From assembly GCF_001186125.1 (NCBI RefSeq), contig NW_014040452.1, positions 14,424 through 78,423 of the forward strand: DNA of 64,000 bases, given 5' to 3'. Both the position numbers and the translations under genes were made by a program. Below the pieces are notes generated by a model, which saw nothing but the letters and a program-made list of their open reading frames with translations, searched no databases and was not told where the DNA came from. Source of the stretch: Sphaeroforma arctica JP610. Its lineage: Eukaryota. Of the stretch, positions 47,301-59,800 are shown piece after piece. How positions within the stretch are numbered: position 1 is the stretch's first letter; each line of letters starts with the position of its first letter.

Positions 47301-50300
47301 CCGCCATTGACATCTTTATCCTCCACTCCGGCAAACCTGAATGCACTTGCACCTCCTGCGCGAGAGGCAAGATGCGCAAGAAAGCCACTAGCAACAAGCC
47401 CCGTTCTCTTCCCGACATAGGCTCCGAATGGCAAGTCGACCTTGAAGGGAAATTCGAAGAAAGCTACGGGGGCCACGCCTATACTATCCGCTACTTTGAA
47501 CGTACTTCTGGTCTCGAATACGAGGAAAACCTCAAGCACAAAAACGACGCCGCTGCCACCCTTGACCGCTTTTACACCTGGATTGAGAACATAGGCCGCC
47601 GTCGCATACGCACTGTTATTGCCGACCGCGGTGGTGAGTTCATTTCCGCCGAATTCAAACGAGTGAACCATCTACATCATGCACAAATCCTATACAACGG
47701 TACTGACGACTCTGCCCAACACGGCGGCGTTGAACGTGGTCTCCAGGCAAATAAGAAGACTGCTCTCTGCCTCATCGCCCAATGCAAGCAACTCAGACAC
47801 ATGTGGGCGGAAGCTAAGTCTCACGCCACCCACCTACACAATATCTCTCCTCGTGACACCAACCCCGGCCGTGCCAGCCCCTACGAGCACTTCTTCGGCC
47901 GTACACTCACCGCCCACGTGCACGCATTACGAGTATATGGCTGTATTACCATGTTTATCGACCATGGTAACAAAGATAAGCTCCGTGAACAAGTTTGCTT
48001 CGGCGTTCTCCTTGCTCGCGATCTCTTCTCCAGAAACCCTGAAGAATACCGCATGCTCAACACCGCCACAGGCCTAGTCATCACCACACGTCACGTAACA
48101 TTCAACGAAGGAATCTTCCCACTTTGGAAATCACACGGGTCCAAATCCCGCCCATATTTCACCGAGGACCAAATCTCCAAGGTTAACACATATCGTGACA
48201 CTCTCCCATCACTCCCCACGGATCCACAAAGCGAATCCACTGACCCCGAGCCCACGCTCACTCACGAGCCGCTCACCACACCCAGTTCACACACAGAGGA
48301 CATGCCCTCCACCAACCCCATTTCAGCAACCTCCGACAACCCTGTATCCCCTGATCTCCATGAGCGCCTCCAAGCCGCCACTCAGCGTGTCGCTCGCTCC
48401 ACAAAGTCAACACCTACTGCACGGCAAGCGGACAAGGCACACATTAGCACTGACGCACACCACACACAACAACCTGCCAAAGCCGCCCAACTCGACCGTG
48501 CTGCTCAGGAACAAGCATGCATCCTCGGCAACGCATACAATGACAGGCTACAACAACACATCCGTAAACGTCCCAACTCCCGTGAACTACGCAACCTTCT
48601 CATCGACACATGTGACAACACACATCACACCGGCATACCTGCCATTACGTCCAACCCTCCTCCACTCACGCGGAAAGTACGTAAGCATGTCTACAGTGTG
48701 TGCGAATCTATACAAAACTCACCAATCACCCCTACTACCATCAACCAAGCACTGAAATCCCCTGAAGCTGACCTCTGGCGCGCGGCCATTCAACGCGAGC
48801 TTGACAGCCTCCACAGTACCGGCACAAACGTCCTTTGTGATGCCACTGACCTCCCACCTGACGTACTTACCGTCACATCTAAGTGGGTCTTCAAGATCAA
48901 GATGATCAATGGCGTCATCGACAAGTACATGGCTCGGCTAGTCGCTCGCGGATCCACACAAACCAAGGACGTCAACTTCACGGAAACCTACGCACCCACC
49001 TGCACTCACGACAATCTCCGCACACTCCTCGCTATTGCCGCCAACCAGGGCTGGCACACAAAGCAGATGGATGTCAACATCGCATTTCTTCACGCTGATC
49101 TCGACCACCCGATCTACATGAAAGCTCCATCGGGCCCCGCACAAATCGGCCTTGTCCCTTCCAAAATCCTCGAACTCAAAAAGTCCCTGTACGGGCTCAA
49201 GCAGTCCGGCAAGCTCTGTTTCTCACTGATCAAATCCAAACTTCTCTTCTTCGGCTTCACCCAAGCCCACACTGACAGATGCCTCTTTCACATCCGCACC
49301 CCCACATATAACTGCACAGTGCTTATATATTTCGACGACCTCATTATCTGCGGCTTTACCCAAAAAGATGTGGACAAATTCAAGCGACAACTCCTTGCCG
49401 TCTTCGACTGTTCCATACTCGGAGAGCCCGCCTAGCTATTAGGTTGTCGTATCGTCACCAACGACATATCCACTAGCGTTGTCCAGACCTCCTACATCGA
49501 CGAGGCCGTCCAACACTTCGGCCTTGAGTCTGCCCACGCCGTCCACACGCCCCTCCCTGCAACTACCCTTTCCGCCCACCATGGCCCGCCCTTCCCCTGC
49601 GCGTACCGCGAACTCGTCGGCACTCTCCTCTACCTATCCATCCTCGTCCGTATTGACATCACCTTCGCCGTGAACACTCTTTCGCGATTCCTCAATAACC
49701 CCAGCGAGGACCGCTGGAACGTAGCATGCAGAGTCCTACGCTACCTCAAAACACACCCAACACTCGGACTCACATACACAAAGTGTCCACAACCCCTTTC
49801 CACCGACGCATACACAGACTCAGACTATGCTAGTTGCCCTGACACACGTCGATCAACGACAGGCTACGTCATCCGTGTTTGCAACACACCCGTTATCTGG
49901 AAAAGCAGGCAACAGAAAACAGTCAGTACCAAGCCCGCTGAGGCAGAGTACTTTGCCACCAGTGAGGCCGCCAAACACATACAGTGGCTGCGTAACTTCC
50001 TGTCCGAACTCAACCTCGCATCTGACAGCCCGACCACACTCTTCTATTGCGATAACAAGTCTGCTGTCCACGTAATTACCAACACGGGCACGCCAAAACA
50101 ACTAAAACACATCGACATCCGTGTGCAAAATATCCGCGATCTGCAGGAACAAGGCGTGATTGACACCAAATACGTCGCCACTTCCGATTACATCGCAGAC
50201 TATCTCACCAAAAGCCTGCCACGCCCCGCACACAGTAAACATACCAGTTCGACGCTTACCCCGGTGCAAGATCCCGACGCTCGTGCCGATGCCACACCTA

Positions 50301-50401
50301 CCACCAACCTCATCGCAGCCTTTTCTCACTCCAGCGAATTCGAACACACACATATGGCTAACACTATCTTTCGAGTTTGTTTCCTACATGAAGCTAACTA
50401 G
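44395..50401 (+). pseudogene. Copia gag-pol polyprotein (disrupted)
   Basis: Gag NFTNWHRQFRYTMKKHDVL (~45498); knuckles CAAYTQPGHNAYEC and CRRCGSKDHKGNTC (~46069-46165); PR FIDSGTDISI (~46388); IN RFGH (46737), CTSC (47348-47359), WQVDLEG, ADRGGEF, GGVER; RT SKWVFKIK, LVARG, LKKSLYGLKQ, IYFDDL; RH YTDSDYA, AEAEY, CDNKSA, KHIDIR, ADYLTK. Confidence 0.92.
46824..47265 (+). pseudogene. Dam-like DNA N6-adenine methyltransferase domain inside Copia pol
   Basis: Reconstruction across one stop (46989-46991) and one frameshift (~47090): DYQLAPDLFEDHVQKPFGLIDIDLFASKHNKQVPAYCT..HDTYKQN*HQPNKKLYGNQPWKNFFKSCRKLDKDAGRVIMV/LPVKPRASWWTQLMDHL..TFIRRG..NPPWLYTGVALF. Confidence 0.8.
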
Positions 50402-50561
50402 ATCCAGGAGAGTTACACACATGGTCCAACTTCCCGACTTTCTATCACAACACACCACATTGGCACCAAATCCAGTGAGAGGAGAGCCATCCATCTCATA
50501 CTTCCGAACCCAACCTCGCTTCACATCGCACGCGCTTCACACCACATTTGGTTTTCAAATT

Positions 50562-50569
50562 CAGGAGAG
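50562..50569 (+). other. Polypurine tract of the Copia element
   Basis: CAGGAGAG directly before the 3' LTR TG. Confidence 0.65.
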
Positions 50570-50741
50570 TGTTGGAGCAAATTTAAAACCCAAACTAACC
50601 CTAGAGATATTTGGTGTCAGAGTGTCAAAGTGTCATGTTGAGCAAATACAGCATGGTACACACGCCGTAGAATATTGTGAATATGTACATATTAGACCTA
50701 CAATATGATAACAAACTTACTTGTAAATATATGTTCTAACA
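50570..50741 (+). repeat. Copia 3' LTR
   Basis: Direct repeat of 44120-44291. Confidence 0.95.
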
Positions 50742-51480
50742 AAATGTTTATTCAATTTATGGTCTTAGTATCATAGCACTTACATCCCCACACATCTCTA
50801 CAGCTGCGAATCTCAGGCGAAGTAGTTTCCAACCTAGATAAACTTATACTCAAACGAGATGTCACTGTCTGCAGCAGACGCTCGGCACCAGCTAACTCCA
50901 GACCGTACAGACGACGAAATCGTCTATAGTTTACCGGCTCGTCAGGTGCTGAACAACTTACTCAGTTCTTAGGCACTACACTGTGGACACTAGTTCACAC
51001 CGTTCTTGAGCTATTAATCATCCCTTGTCTGTTATAGTCCCTATTTCTGCAGAGGGTATCCAGTACTCGCTCGAGCATCAGTCCTCATACCTAGCCTACC
51101 ATGATCCGGGACATAAAATTCACTACCAATTTCGACAGTTGAACGCCATTCTCCAACGGGAGATCTGTGATCAAGCTCGTACTGAAACATGGCACCTGGT
51201 AATACGTAACTACAAGATATCGCATCGAAATATATAGATACAGTCTTTGAAGCACGGTCAGCATCCACTATAATCGCCAAGCTCCTTTGGTTAATGCACG
51301 CATTTTGGTTCACCATCGGTACTTTCCCTATAGGCGGCTTTTGCAGTTTTCCATGCCCTGTACACACTCCAGTTACCTTCACCTCATCACACTCTGGGTG
51401 TGTCGACTGGATTCCGCGTCGCCTCACAGGCCCCATTCCATCTACATCAAATTCGGTTCTCTCACATCTTGTGAAAAGAT
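50742..51480 (+). mobile_element. 3' part of the interrupted LINE (decayed)
   Basis: Removing the Copia element and one TSD rejoins LIYK(V/M)FIQFM, resembling the post-RT LYK.FI.P motif. Cys/His segment FWFTIG..FCSFPCPVH..SSH..C at ~51300-51400 resembles a C-terminal zinc finger. The end point is uncertain. Confidence 0.55.
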
Positions 51481-52499
51481 AGGCTTGAATCCATATCGTT
51501 ACCATAAACTTGCATTTAATATAGTTCCTACCTCTCATGCAAATCATCAGCATCTCTTAACAAGAACAGGCGCTGACTTCCCAGTGCTAATCCACGCCAT
51601 TATTTTTACATTCCAGATTATCCAGGTGCTTTTACAACAGCACAGCGAGCACTCTACCCTCCCACATCAGCTACATCTATTCGCCCCTATCACTCGATAT
51701 GTATCCCAGACGATCGCATCTTTTCTATAGGCCTCGACGTCAGACACAATCTTCTTATCGTTGGCTTTAACCCGACCGCCTATTACCCCAGTTCATACTA
51801 AAATGGTACTCGTTGTGCCCTCTCCAGAACTAAGTGCACATACTCGATTAACCCTCTTCTGTGCCTACTTCCAAGCAGCATTTTGTAATGAAGGCTACAT
51901 TGGAAGGCCTTTCTTTTAGCGATGGTATACACACTTTTACTTTTGATGCCTTTTAATTATGATACCAGCCGTTCCACGTCTGGACTGTATTTACGCTCAC
52001 CTTATATAACAATAAATTTTGACAAAGAGAACAAGCGCAGTAAGCTGATGTCAATTTCAATGCAGAGCCAGTTTCAACCCGCAGAGGTACACTTTTCAAA
52101 AGCAATTCACTCTTTATGGTGTCATTTACTTCAAATGTTGGTATCAGATTTTACTGCAATTTGAACGTATCGATCGCCTGAATGGTATATTTAAATAATA
52201 GCTGTGCTCTTAGTAGAGCAAGATAATATTTTAAGGTAGAGATCCAAGTATACTACGTCTTTCTTTGTAAAGTTAATATCAAGAACGCAAGACTCATGAT
52301 ATACTCAGGAAAATTTTGTGTAACATTTGTACAGCAACGCAACAAGCCCGTTTCAATATGTATAAGGATCCTGCTCGCAGGGCCTACCTACCTGAATTTT
52401 GATTCTCAACCGGAATGATTTGATTGAGCGATAAGGAAACTATTTTGTATTCAAGTGTGAATGAGAGTTTCTATATAATCATCCAGAATCAAGCTCTTG

Positions 52500-55400
52500 T
52501 CGATTGGAATCAATCCTGCTGCTTTTGATATGCAGTCAACACCTGTCGTAATGTTTCATTGGACCCGACATACAACATAGATTAGCAATTAAAATTTGCA
52601 TTAACGTTTGTTCTATCGATATTGTTTCTGACTGACAGATACACACTTACTTAGCCCTCGCAATTGAGTGGTTTGCTGTGAACAGTAGGCGCATGATAGA
52701 AGTTACATTCAGAAATTTGATTGTCCTTTTAATACACTCTGCTGTCATTAATCCACAGCTGATTTGATCTAAATTATAGCTCGTTAAGAATGATAAAATT
52801 CAAGGTAGATATTCGAACATGTTTCGTCCCTATCTGCCATTGATGTGATGCCGGTTCTATTCAGCATTTACGCTCACCCATAGCAGATGTAAATACTGAA
52901 AATCGATTAGCGTGTGCGTACATCAATTTGCATTATTTTTTTGGATTTGCAGCCGCATCTTTCCAACACAGATTAGCAATTAAAACTCGCATTAGAGCCC
53001 GTTCTATTGGAGTTGTTTTTCTTCTTCTTATAATTGAATGGTTTGCTGTGAACAGTAATCGCATGACAACAGATACAGACAGAAATGGGACTAAAGCTCC
53101 TCGAGTAGATCTGATATCATACATCACGACGTCTCACAGGTAAGGAAGGCTCGCCGCCAATACTACTATCGACTTGTTAGGAGAGATATTCTCATGACGG
53201 ACCGAGACAAGCCTCTCATGCAAGCTTTACCCCTTGCCGTGAACATACCCAAATCCGCCTTTGTGACATGGTAGCAACCAACACGTTCCTGTTCAAATTG
53301 CTTGACTATCGTACTATTGGATGTCTCTGTTCAGTGTGTCCCGGAGATAAGACTTTTGCTTCCAGTCACTTTACTTGTATCAGTATCAAAATGAGGCGTA
53401 TTCTGGCGGGCCCTAACCTACCGCCAATTTGACGGACTCACTACAACAGCTACATAATAGAATCGGCAAAGCTACCACGACATCTGGGTTCTCTGCGAAC
53501 ATCTCGGGAGTTTCCTTCTCCATGAACAGCTGGCACCAATATACCCTCATCCAATATTGGTCAATAGTTTGATGTCACATCTTGGCACAATACTCTGCTG
53601 AAGTAATATTTCCAGATTTCAGTACAGACTCATATTCTTGACTTGTGATACCGCCTTTGATACTTCCCGATGAGACTATCCAGTATATTTCAAATGCATC
53701 AGTTGTGTGGCGTGATATCGGGCAGCCTCCAACTTTGCTCCGAAGCAGAATTCGTTCAAAAATACTCAGACTAGCTCAGCTCAGATTACCACAACGAAAG
53801 TGGGCCAGCTTTATTCCACACAGTGGTACCTGATTTTTAGCTTCCCCCAATGGTGGAAGTATTCTGTATCAATCGTCGTGAATGAACACGCCGTATGTCC
53901 TCTATTGTTGCGTCACTCACCCCGAGCTCCTCTCAGCAGTTCGACAATCTTAACTTCCCTTCAATCTTCCCAGAACGTCTACAACGAATATGAAGTCTGA
54001 TGTGAATGCTACAACGAATAGGAAGCCTGATGTGAATGTAGACATAACTAAAGGGTTTTAGGGTTTTAATAGATTTATCCCTACTATACTCTCCTGTCAT
54101 TGATCCGCAACCGACTAGATCCAAATCCTGGCTGCGCCATTGGTAAGAATAATAAAAAATCAAGCTATATGCCATCGGTGTGATACCGGTTCTATTCATC
54201 AGATGCATATGTGATTTACGCTCATATCATTGCAGATGTGAATAATGAAAATTGATTACCATGTGTGTCTGCATTGATATGAATTTGTAACCTTTCGATT
54301 TACAGCCGACAGGTTTCAACACAAGGCCCTCTTTGAACCCGATAGACAACGCAATAAAAGTCCTATAAAAGCATAGCAGCTTTCCCAATGGTATTGCTAC
54401 TATTCGACAGATTTTCACCAACCACGATGTTATTCTCCGACTTGGACGGTTTAGTTTAGGCTTTTAAAAATGTACAACAATAGGAAAACGCATAAACACG
54501 ATGTCTTTCTCTATATTTCTACTGTCAAATACCGGTTCTGATCAACAGATGCATATATAGTATACGCTTCCTTCATTGCAGTTGTCAACAATGAAAAATA
54601 ATGAATGTTTGTGGATATGAATTTGCAACCTTTCAATTTGCAACCTACAAGCTTCAACACAAGGCCACTTGGACCTGGTAAACAACATGATAACGCTTAT
54701 GTGAGAGTGTCATAACATTTCCAACGGTGTTGCTACAATTTTTGAGATTTTCACTTACCACGACGCTACTCTTCGACTTGAACGGTTTGGTTAAGACTTT
54801 TGAAAATGTACAACAATAGAAAAATATACAATCGAGTCGTCTTCCCCTACATGTTGATACCAATTCAAGGTAATTCTGCGTCGCATTGTGTCATGGCATC
54901 ATTTTATTATAGCATCGTCATTATAATGGTAAATTAAAATTCCGAGGTATAGCTGTTCTTCCTTGTTTGCAGTCCAAATCAACAACGAAAAGTTCATGTT
55001 GTGCCTGGTAACCAGCACATTGTAGCAATAGATATGCCAGCTTCACGTGCGGATTCTTGAGTGCTACGGGTCCCAACCCGCTATTGCATACCTGTCTGAA
55101 TATTATCCATCCACCTGAATTATTGGATTCGAACCCTAAAGAGAATACAGGAATCAAAAGTGAATGAACAAATTTGAAGAACTAAAAAAGAGGTTCGGAG
55201 TCGGGGGGTGGATTTGAACATATGATTTTATATTTGCTGCCGACAACACTGAACTCATAGCCTCTTTGGACCCAGTGAGTAGCGATAAACGACTCTATAA
55301 CAGCATCACAGTCCATTGCTAGTTGTGTTGCGTCTCATCTACAGATACGCACATACTTGGCACTCATTCCCCAACTTAATTTTAGTAATTTGTAATTAAT

Positions 55401-55900
55401 ATACAATATAGCTATACATTGATGGAACCCAACTTAATACATCTACAATGTAGCTGTGTCTGGGACCTCGATGTATCAGACATACTATGTCTTTATTTAC
55501 AGTCAATATCGATAACGCAAGGGCAATGTTGTACCCGGTAATCAACACGATATAACTTTCATGACGGTTTCACATTCCATTACATTAGTGCTAAGGGTCT
55601 TTTGATCCCCTAGGTGGGATTCACTTTGAATCCTAGCCCGACCACTTGACTGATTTGATTCGAGCCCTAAAGGGTAAAGACTTCCAGCCGATTCGGGTGT
55701 CGATTGGAACTTGCAGCAATTTATTATGCAGATGAAACCTTTCAAAGCAAGGCCTCCATGGACCCGGTACATATTGTAGTCTAGCACAACAAAATTGCAA
55801 CCGATTATTATTACTATAACTTCTAACTCGCAGATGCAATTCTTACTTGAACGGTTTCTTTCAGGGCATAAGAGTGTAAAATTATTAGAACGAAGTAAAC
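52500..55900. repeat. Dispersed array of a degenerate ~300-400 bp unit
   Basis: CCGGTTCT..TCA..GCAG.TGT.AA.A.TGAAAA at ~52851, ~54186 and ~54532. AGATTAGCAATTAAAA..GGTTTGCTGTGAACAGTA..CGCATGA at ~52579-52697 and ~52970-53066. The 54186-54500 and 54532-54845 units align closely. Confidence 0.7.
53300..53870 (-). pseudogene. Possible decayed sulfotransferase (heparan-sulfate-type) remnant
   Basis: Ordered fragments in different frames: IGGS*KSGTT (~53851-53822), LFMEKETPEMF (~53529-53497), GPARIR (~53413-53396), LRDTLNR (~53346-53326). Confidence 0.35.
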
Positions 55901-55958
55901 CAACAGTATTCCTTAGGCAAACTTAAGGACCTCAATCGCCTGTCGAATAAATCTGATT

Positions 55959-56510
55959 TTTACTGTGCAGTTTATATGTGCCGCATCCTAAAGCATTGGT
56001 AGAAAATATCTGATTTTCAAGGTTAAGATACAAATATAGGTTTTATTGGCAATCGAAATCACCAAGGGGATGCTCAAATTGTACAAGGTATCCAGTACAG
56101 TGAAACATACATTTGATTGCATCACAGCCCGTTTTTGGAGCCGTATGCTCTCAACAAAAAAGCTTACTCACTCCGTTCCTACCCTTCAAGCTGAAGGGGC
56201 TCATAACTTTTATTGCAGTGTTTACGATTGAATCTACTTTTGCTGCGCAGTTTAACTGTGCTGCATCCTTAAAGCATTGGTAGAAACGATATGATTTTAT
56301 AGGCTGAGATAAAAATATAAGTTCTATTGACAGTTGATATCACCAAGGAGATGCCCAAATTGTACCAGATAAACAGTACAGTAAAACATACATTTGACTG
56401 CATCACAGCCCGTTTTTGGTGGCGTATGCTCTCAGCAAAATAATGCTTGCTCACTCCGTCCCTACCCTTCAAGCTGAAGGGGCTCATAACAGTAATTGCA
56501 GTGTTTAATG
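55959..56510. repeat. Tandem duplication of a ~285 bp unit
   Basis: GCATCCT(T)AAAGCATTGGTAGAAA...ACATACATTTGA.TGCATCACAGCCCGTTTTTGG...CTACCCTTCAAGCTGAAGGGGCTCATAAC at ~55959-56225 and ~56240-56510. Confidence 0.9.
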
Positions 56511-56844
56511 TCACATATATCACATTTCTCCTCGTCTATGCAGGTGGCGAACTCACAGCGTGGCATCGAAGTTGTGCGCTAATAATGGAAAAGGTTTACA
56601 TATTACACACGTACTTATTCGGCATCGATTGTTTTCGTAAAGTTGCGGACCACGTTGGATTAAAGCATAGTCACGTATACTTGATTTGTAATTTCGAATC
56701 CAATTGATATTGGCACTATATACTGCTCGATTTTGAATTATCAATGAGTTTGAGCTTCTCTGAAACCAGAACAGATTCCACTCTAATTCTAGATCACACA
56801 GTTATACAAATATACATCAAAATAAAGCATGTATCATTGAGAAT

Positions 56845-59800
56845 TTATTGCACATGCTCAGTAGGCTTGACATATAGGTGTGTGGCTACGTTGCCCGTTG
56901 CAAAGCTGATCGTGACATCGTCCGAAATAGAGTGGAGACTCAACTTCGGTAGTGCAATCAATCCACAGGCTAATGGACACAACTGGTAGGTGTGCGACTG
57001 ACTCGACATGGGCAATACCCTCACTTTACTATATTTGTAACCTGTGTTTGAAATGGTATGCAATAGCGATGGTATAAGAAGGCAATTACCGTCATTTCAT
57101 TCGAATCTATGATGTGGCAGCAAGAGCCACCAATAAATCCACACATCATTGTTCTCAGTGAAGGCGAAAACAATCTCAAAACCAGCTTTGTTCCGGTAAG
57201 AAAAAACTAATACCAGCGGCAGCAAAGCCAACTATGTATGCCAGCGGGCGTAGATGCGATTACAGATAAACGTGCTTATATTTTGAAGCGCCGTCCGACA
57301 CTTAGTTTCTAGTCAAAACACATTGCTTGAGTGCACAGATAGCTGTATCACGATAAGCATCGTCCATATTTTCAACCTTATTGAAACGCTAATATCCGTT
57401 GGGCAAACAGCTATGGGTCCATGGTTTTAAAGACGTTCAACCCTATTTATGCAAGCTTACGTAATCGAAGCAGCTGTAGATCGTGCTGTTTGTATGCTAG
57501 CCTTCTATGCACATACCTGAAAACATGAATGAATCGCTGGCTTCCATTGTGAATGCCACGTGTTGTACTCTATTCGATTTGTTGAATAGCCGATGTGTAA
57601 CGGTCAGCGGCGTATTGAGGAAGCCAACCGATGCAATGTCTGTGCAATTGCAGGCAAGTACAGGTAACATGCGAACTCAAATTGAATATGGTTTTGACAT
57701 TAATGATACTGAGTTTGGATTTTTATGCTTGCCCCACTCAACATCCAAACTCGACGGGCGACGCGACGCGTATGTACGGTACAGCATCCAATGCACAGTG
57801 ACATAGATGTACAAGTGCCAGATGCCGGCCATATATGTACTGCACTACTCTAAATATCATCGGGTGCGACTACACACTATTGAACAATTAGCTAAGAAAG
57901 TAGCGCGCATACATACCTGTTTCAAGTACGAGCGGCTGCCTTTCAATTACAACTGATGGCAACAATATGACAGAGCTGCCCCGTCGATTCTCTTTTGTGC
58001 TGTAGCAGTGAAGTAAGGGACAAAATCATTAGGGTGCAAGCACTCGACTGTATAACGAATGCGTATGTCTTCTTATTAGATAAGTCACGAAGGTGGACAC
58101 AGCACCGAAAGGGCTCTTCCCGTCGCGAACTGATTTGAAGACAAACTTTGCTAACTTAGACACTGTCGGTTGCGAAATTTTTTATAGTAGGGAAAAGAGC
58201 TGGGCCCCAGAAACGAAGCCCGACAGCAGGTCAAAAAATCGTGAACTATACGGATGCAGATAAACATGCCATCAACACTCAGTAGGCCGCAGTATTCATA
58301 TAACACAAGTAATACCTTTTCCAGTGGATGAGCATCTCACCCACGTCCACAACCTTACTGTGTCCTACTGGCAAATCTAGATTGCACCTCAGATACAGGC
58401 ATTCGCTCCAAGCGTGCTCACAATATAAATTAAAGTCTTTTCGACTGACGTGAGATGTGCCCTGCGCCATTTCTATATCTGAGGATAGCTGCAATTCAGT
58501 TGATAACACATCGATCCTGTGCCAGCCGCAGTCACATATGGTGTGAAATTGGAGGGTAAAGTTCAGTAAGCATAAGTGAAAACGGATTGTATAAATCCGT
58601 AATTGGTGAGCGGCAAGCAGTATAAAACAAAAAGGCTCCCCAGACAAATATATGCAATAAGCTTGGCAAAAGCTCGCAACAACCGATCATCATGAGCAAC
58701 TATTATAGATAATGAAAACCTATGTGCAGTGTAGCAGCGATTTCAAGCTCCATTGAAACAATTCCCACAAGCTGTACTAAATTTACTTACTCAAACGGAA
58801 TTTTGCTGATCGCATCCACCATAACCATAAAGGTGTCTCCAGAGGCGACCGCATCCTCTCGTACAGGCCTATGGGAAATTAAATACGAGTCAGAACTCCA
58901 ATAGTACTTTGTATGATTTAAAAATTATCCTAGGCATATGTATACAAATCGATTTTAGCTACTGAGCGCTCGACTAAGCGAATGCACGCCACCACACGCC
59001 CAATCAGATCAGCCTGAGGGTTTGTTCCATGAGCAAACAATTGCCCATTATGTTACAGCGAATGATACCATGTGTAAGATGAACAAGACAGACATGCGCG
59101 CGTTCGAGATGAACAATAAAACAACGATACGTGTACCTAAATTGGTGGGCCACCTTAGCTTGCCATTCGAACGGCTCGATGACTGTCAGTGGGAAAGAGA
59201 GCTCACTGACAGTAGCCACCCCTTGGCACATATAAGACAACCGCACCGCCAATGCACGCTCATCCACATCTGTCAAATTATGCAGGAAGAAGGACAGGTC
59301 GTGTGTGACACCAGACAACAGTTCAGGCAGCGGCTTCTCCAATGTGTGCGTGAGAGTGTAGTTATCTGCGTTCTGATTGTCCCTGAAATGGAAATGAGCA
59401 ATAACGCCACGAGCACGTGAGTTTAGATAAGCAGCAAAGGGACGAAAGCGAGAGCCATCTAAATGACGACAAACCATGACTGATAAAATTTCAAGAAACG
59501 ACACATAGTCTGCGAGCTGGTTGCATGGTTGGTGCAGCAACAACTAAAACCCGACGTGATCGAAACGATTTTGATGTACGAGATGCACACAAGACCATGG
59601 ATATCAATCAGTATGTATCTGATACACCTGCACGACATTGTCAATGTGCACAGAAAGTTGTGCATACAACACAGAAGGAATAGCACATATAGACAAAGCC
59701 TAGTTCAGCACGCGTCGTATTGGGTACACAATGAGTCCTACATACCCATGCATTATTTCAGATTGTACGGAACCGTCGCTGCCGTTTGCAGAAATCGCGT

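Larger units (their letters stand above)
44120..50741 (+). mobile_element. Ty1/Copia LTR retrotransposon, near full length, carrying a Dam-like methyltransferase domain
   Basis: 172-bp LTRs with TG...CA ends; 5-bp TSD AAGTG/AAATG (1 mismatch); PBS; PPT; domain order gag-PR-IN-RT-RH; several stops and frameshifts. Confidence 0.95.

Noticed and set aside
54122..54142. AAATCCTGGCTGCGCCATTG resembling a DNA-transposon/MITE terminal repeat
   Set aside because: No matching opposite end found nearby.
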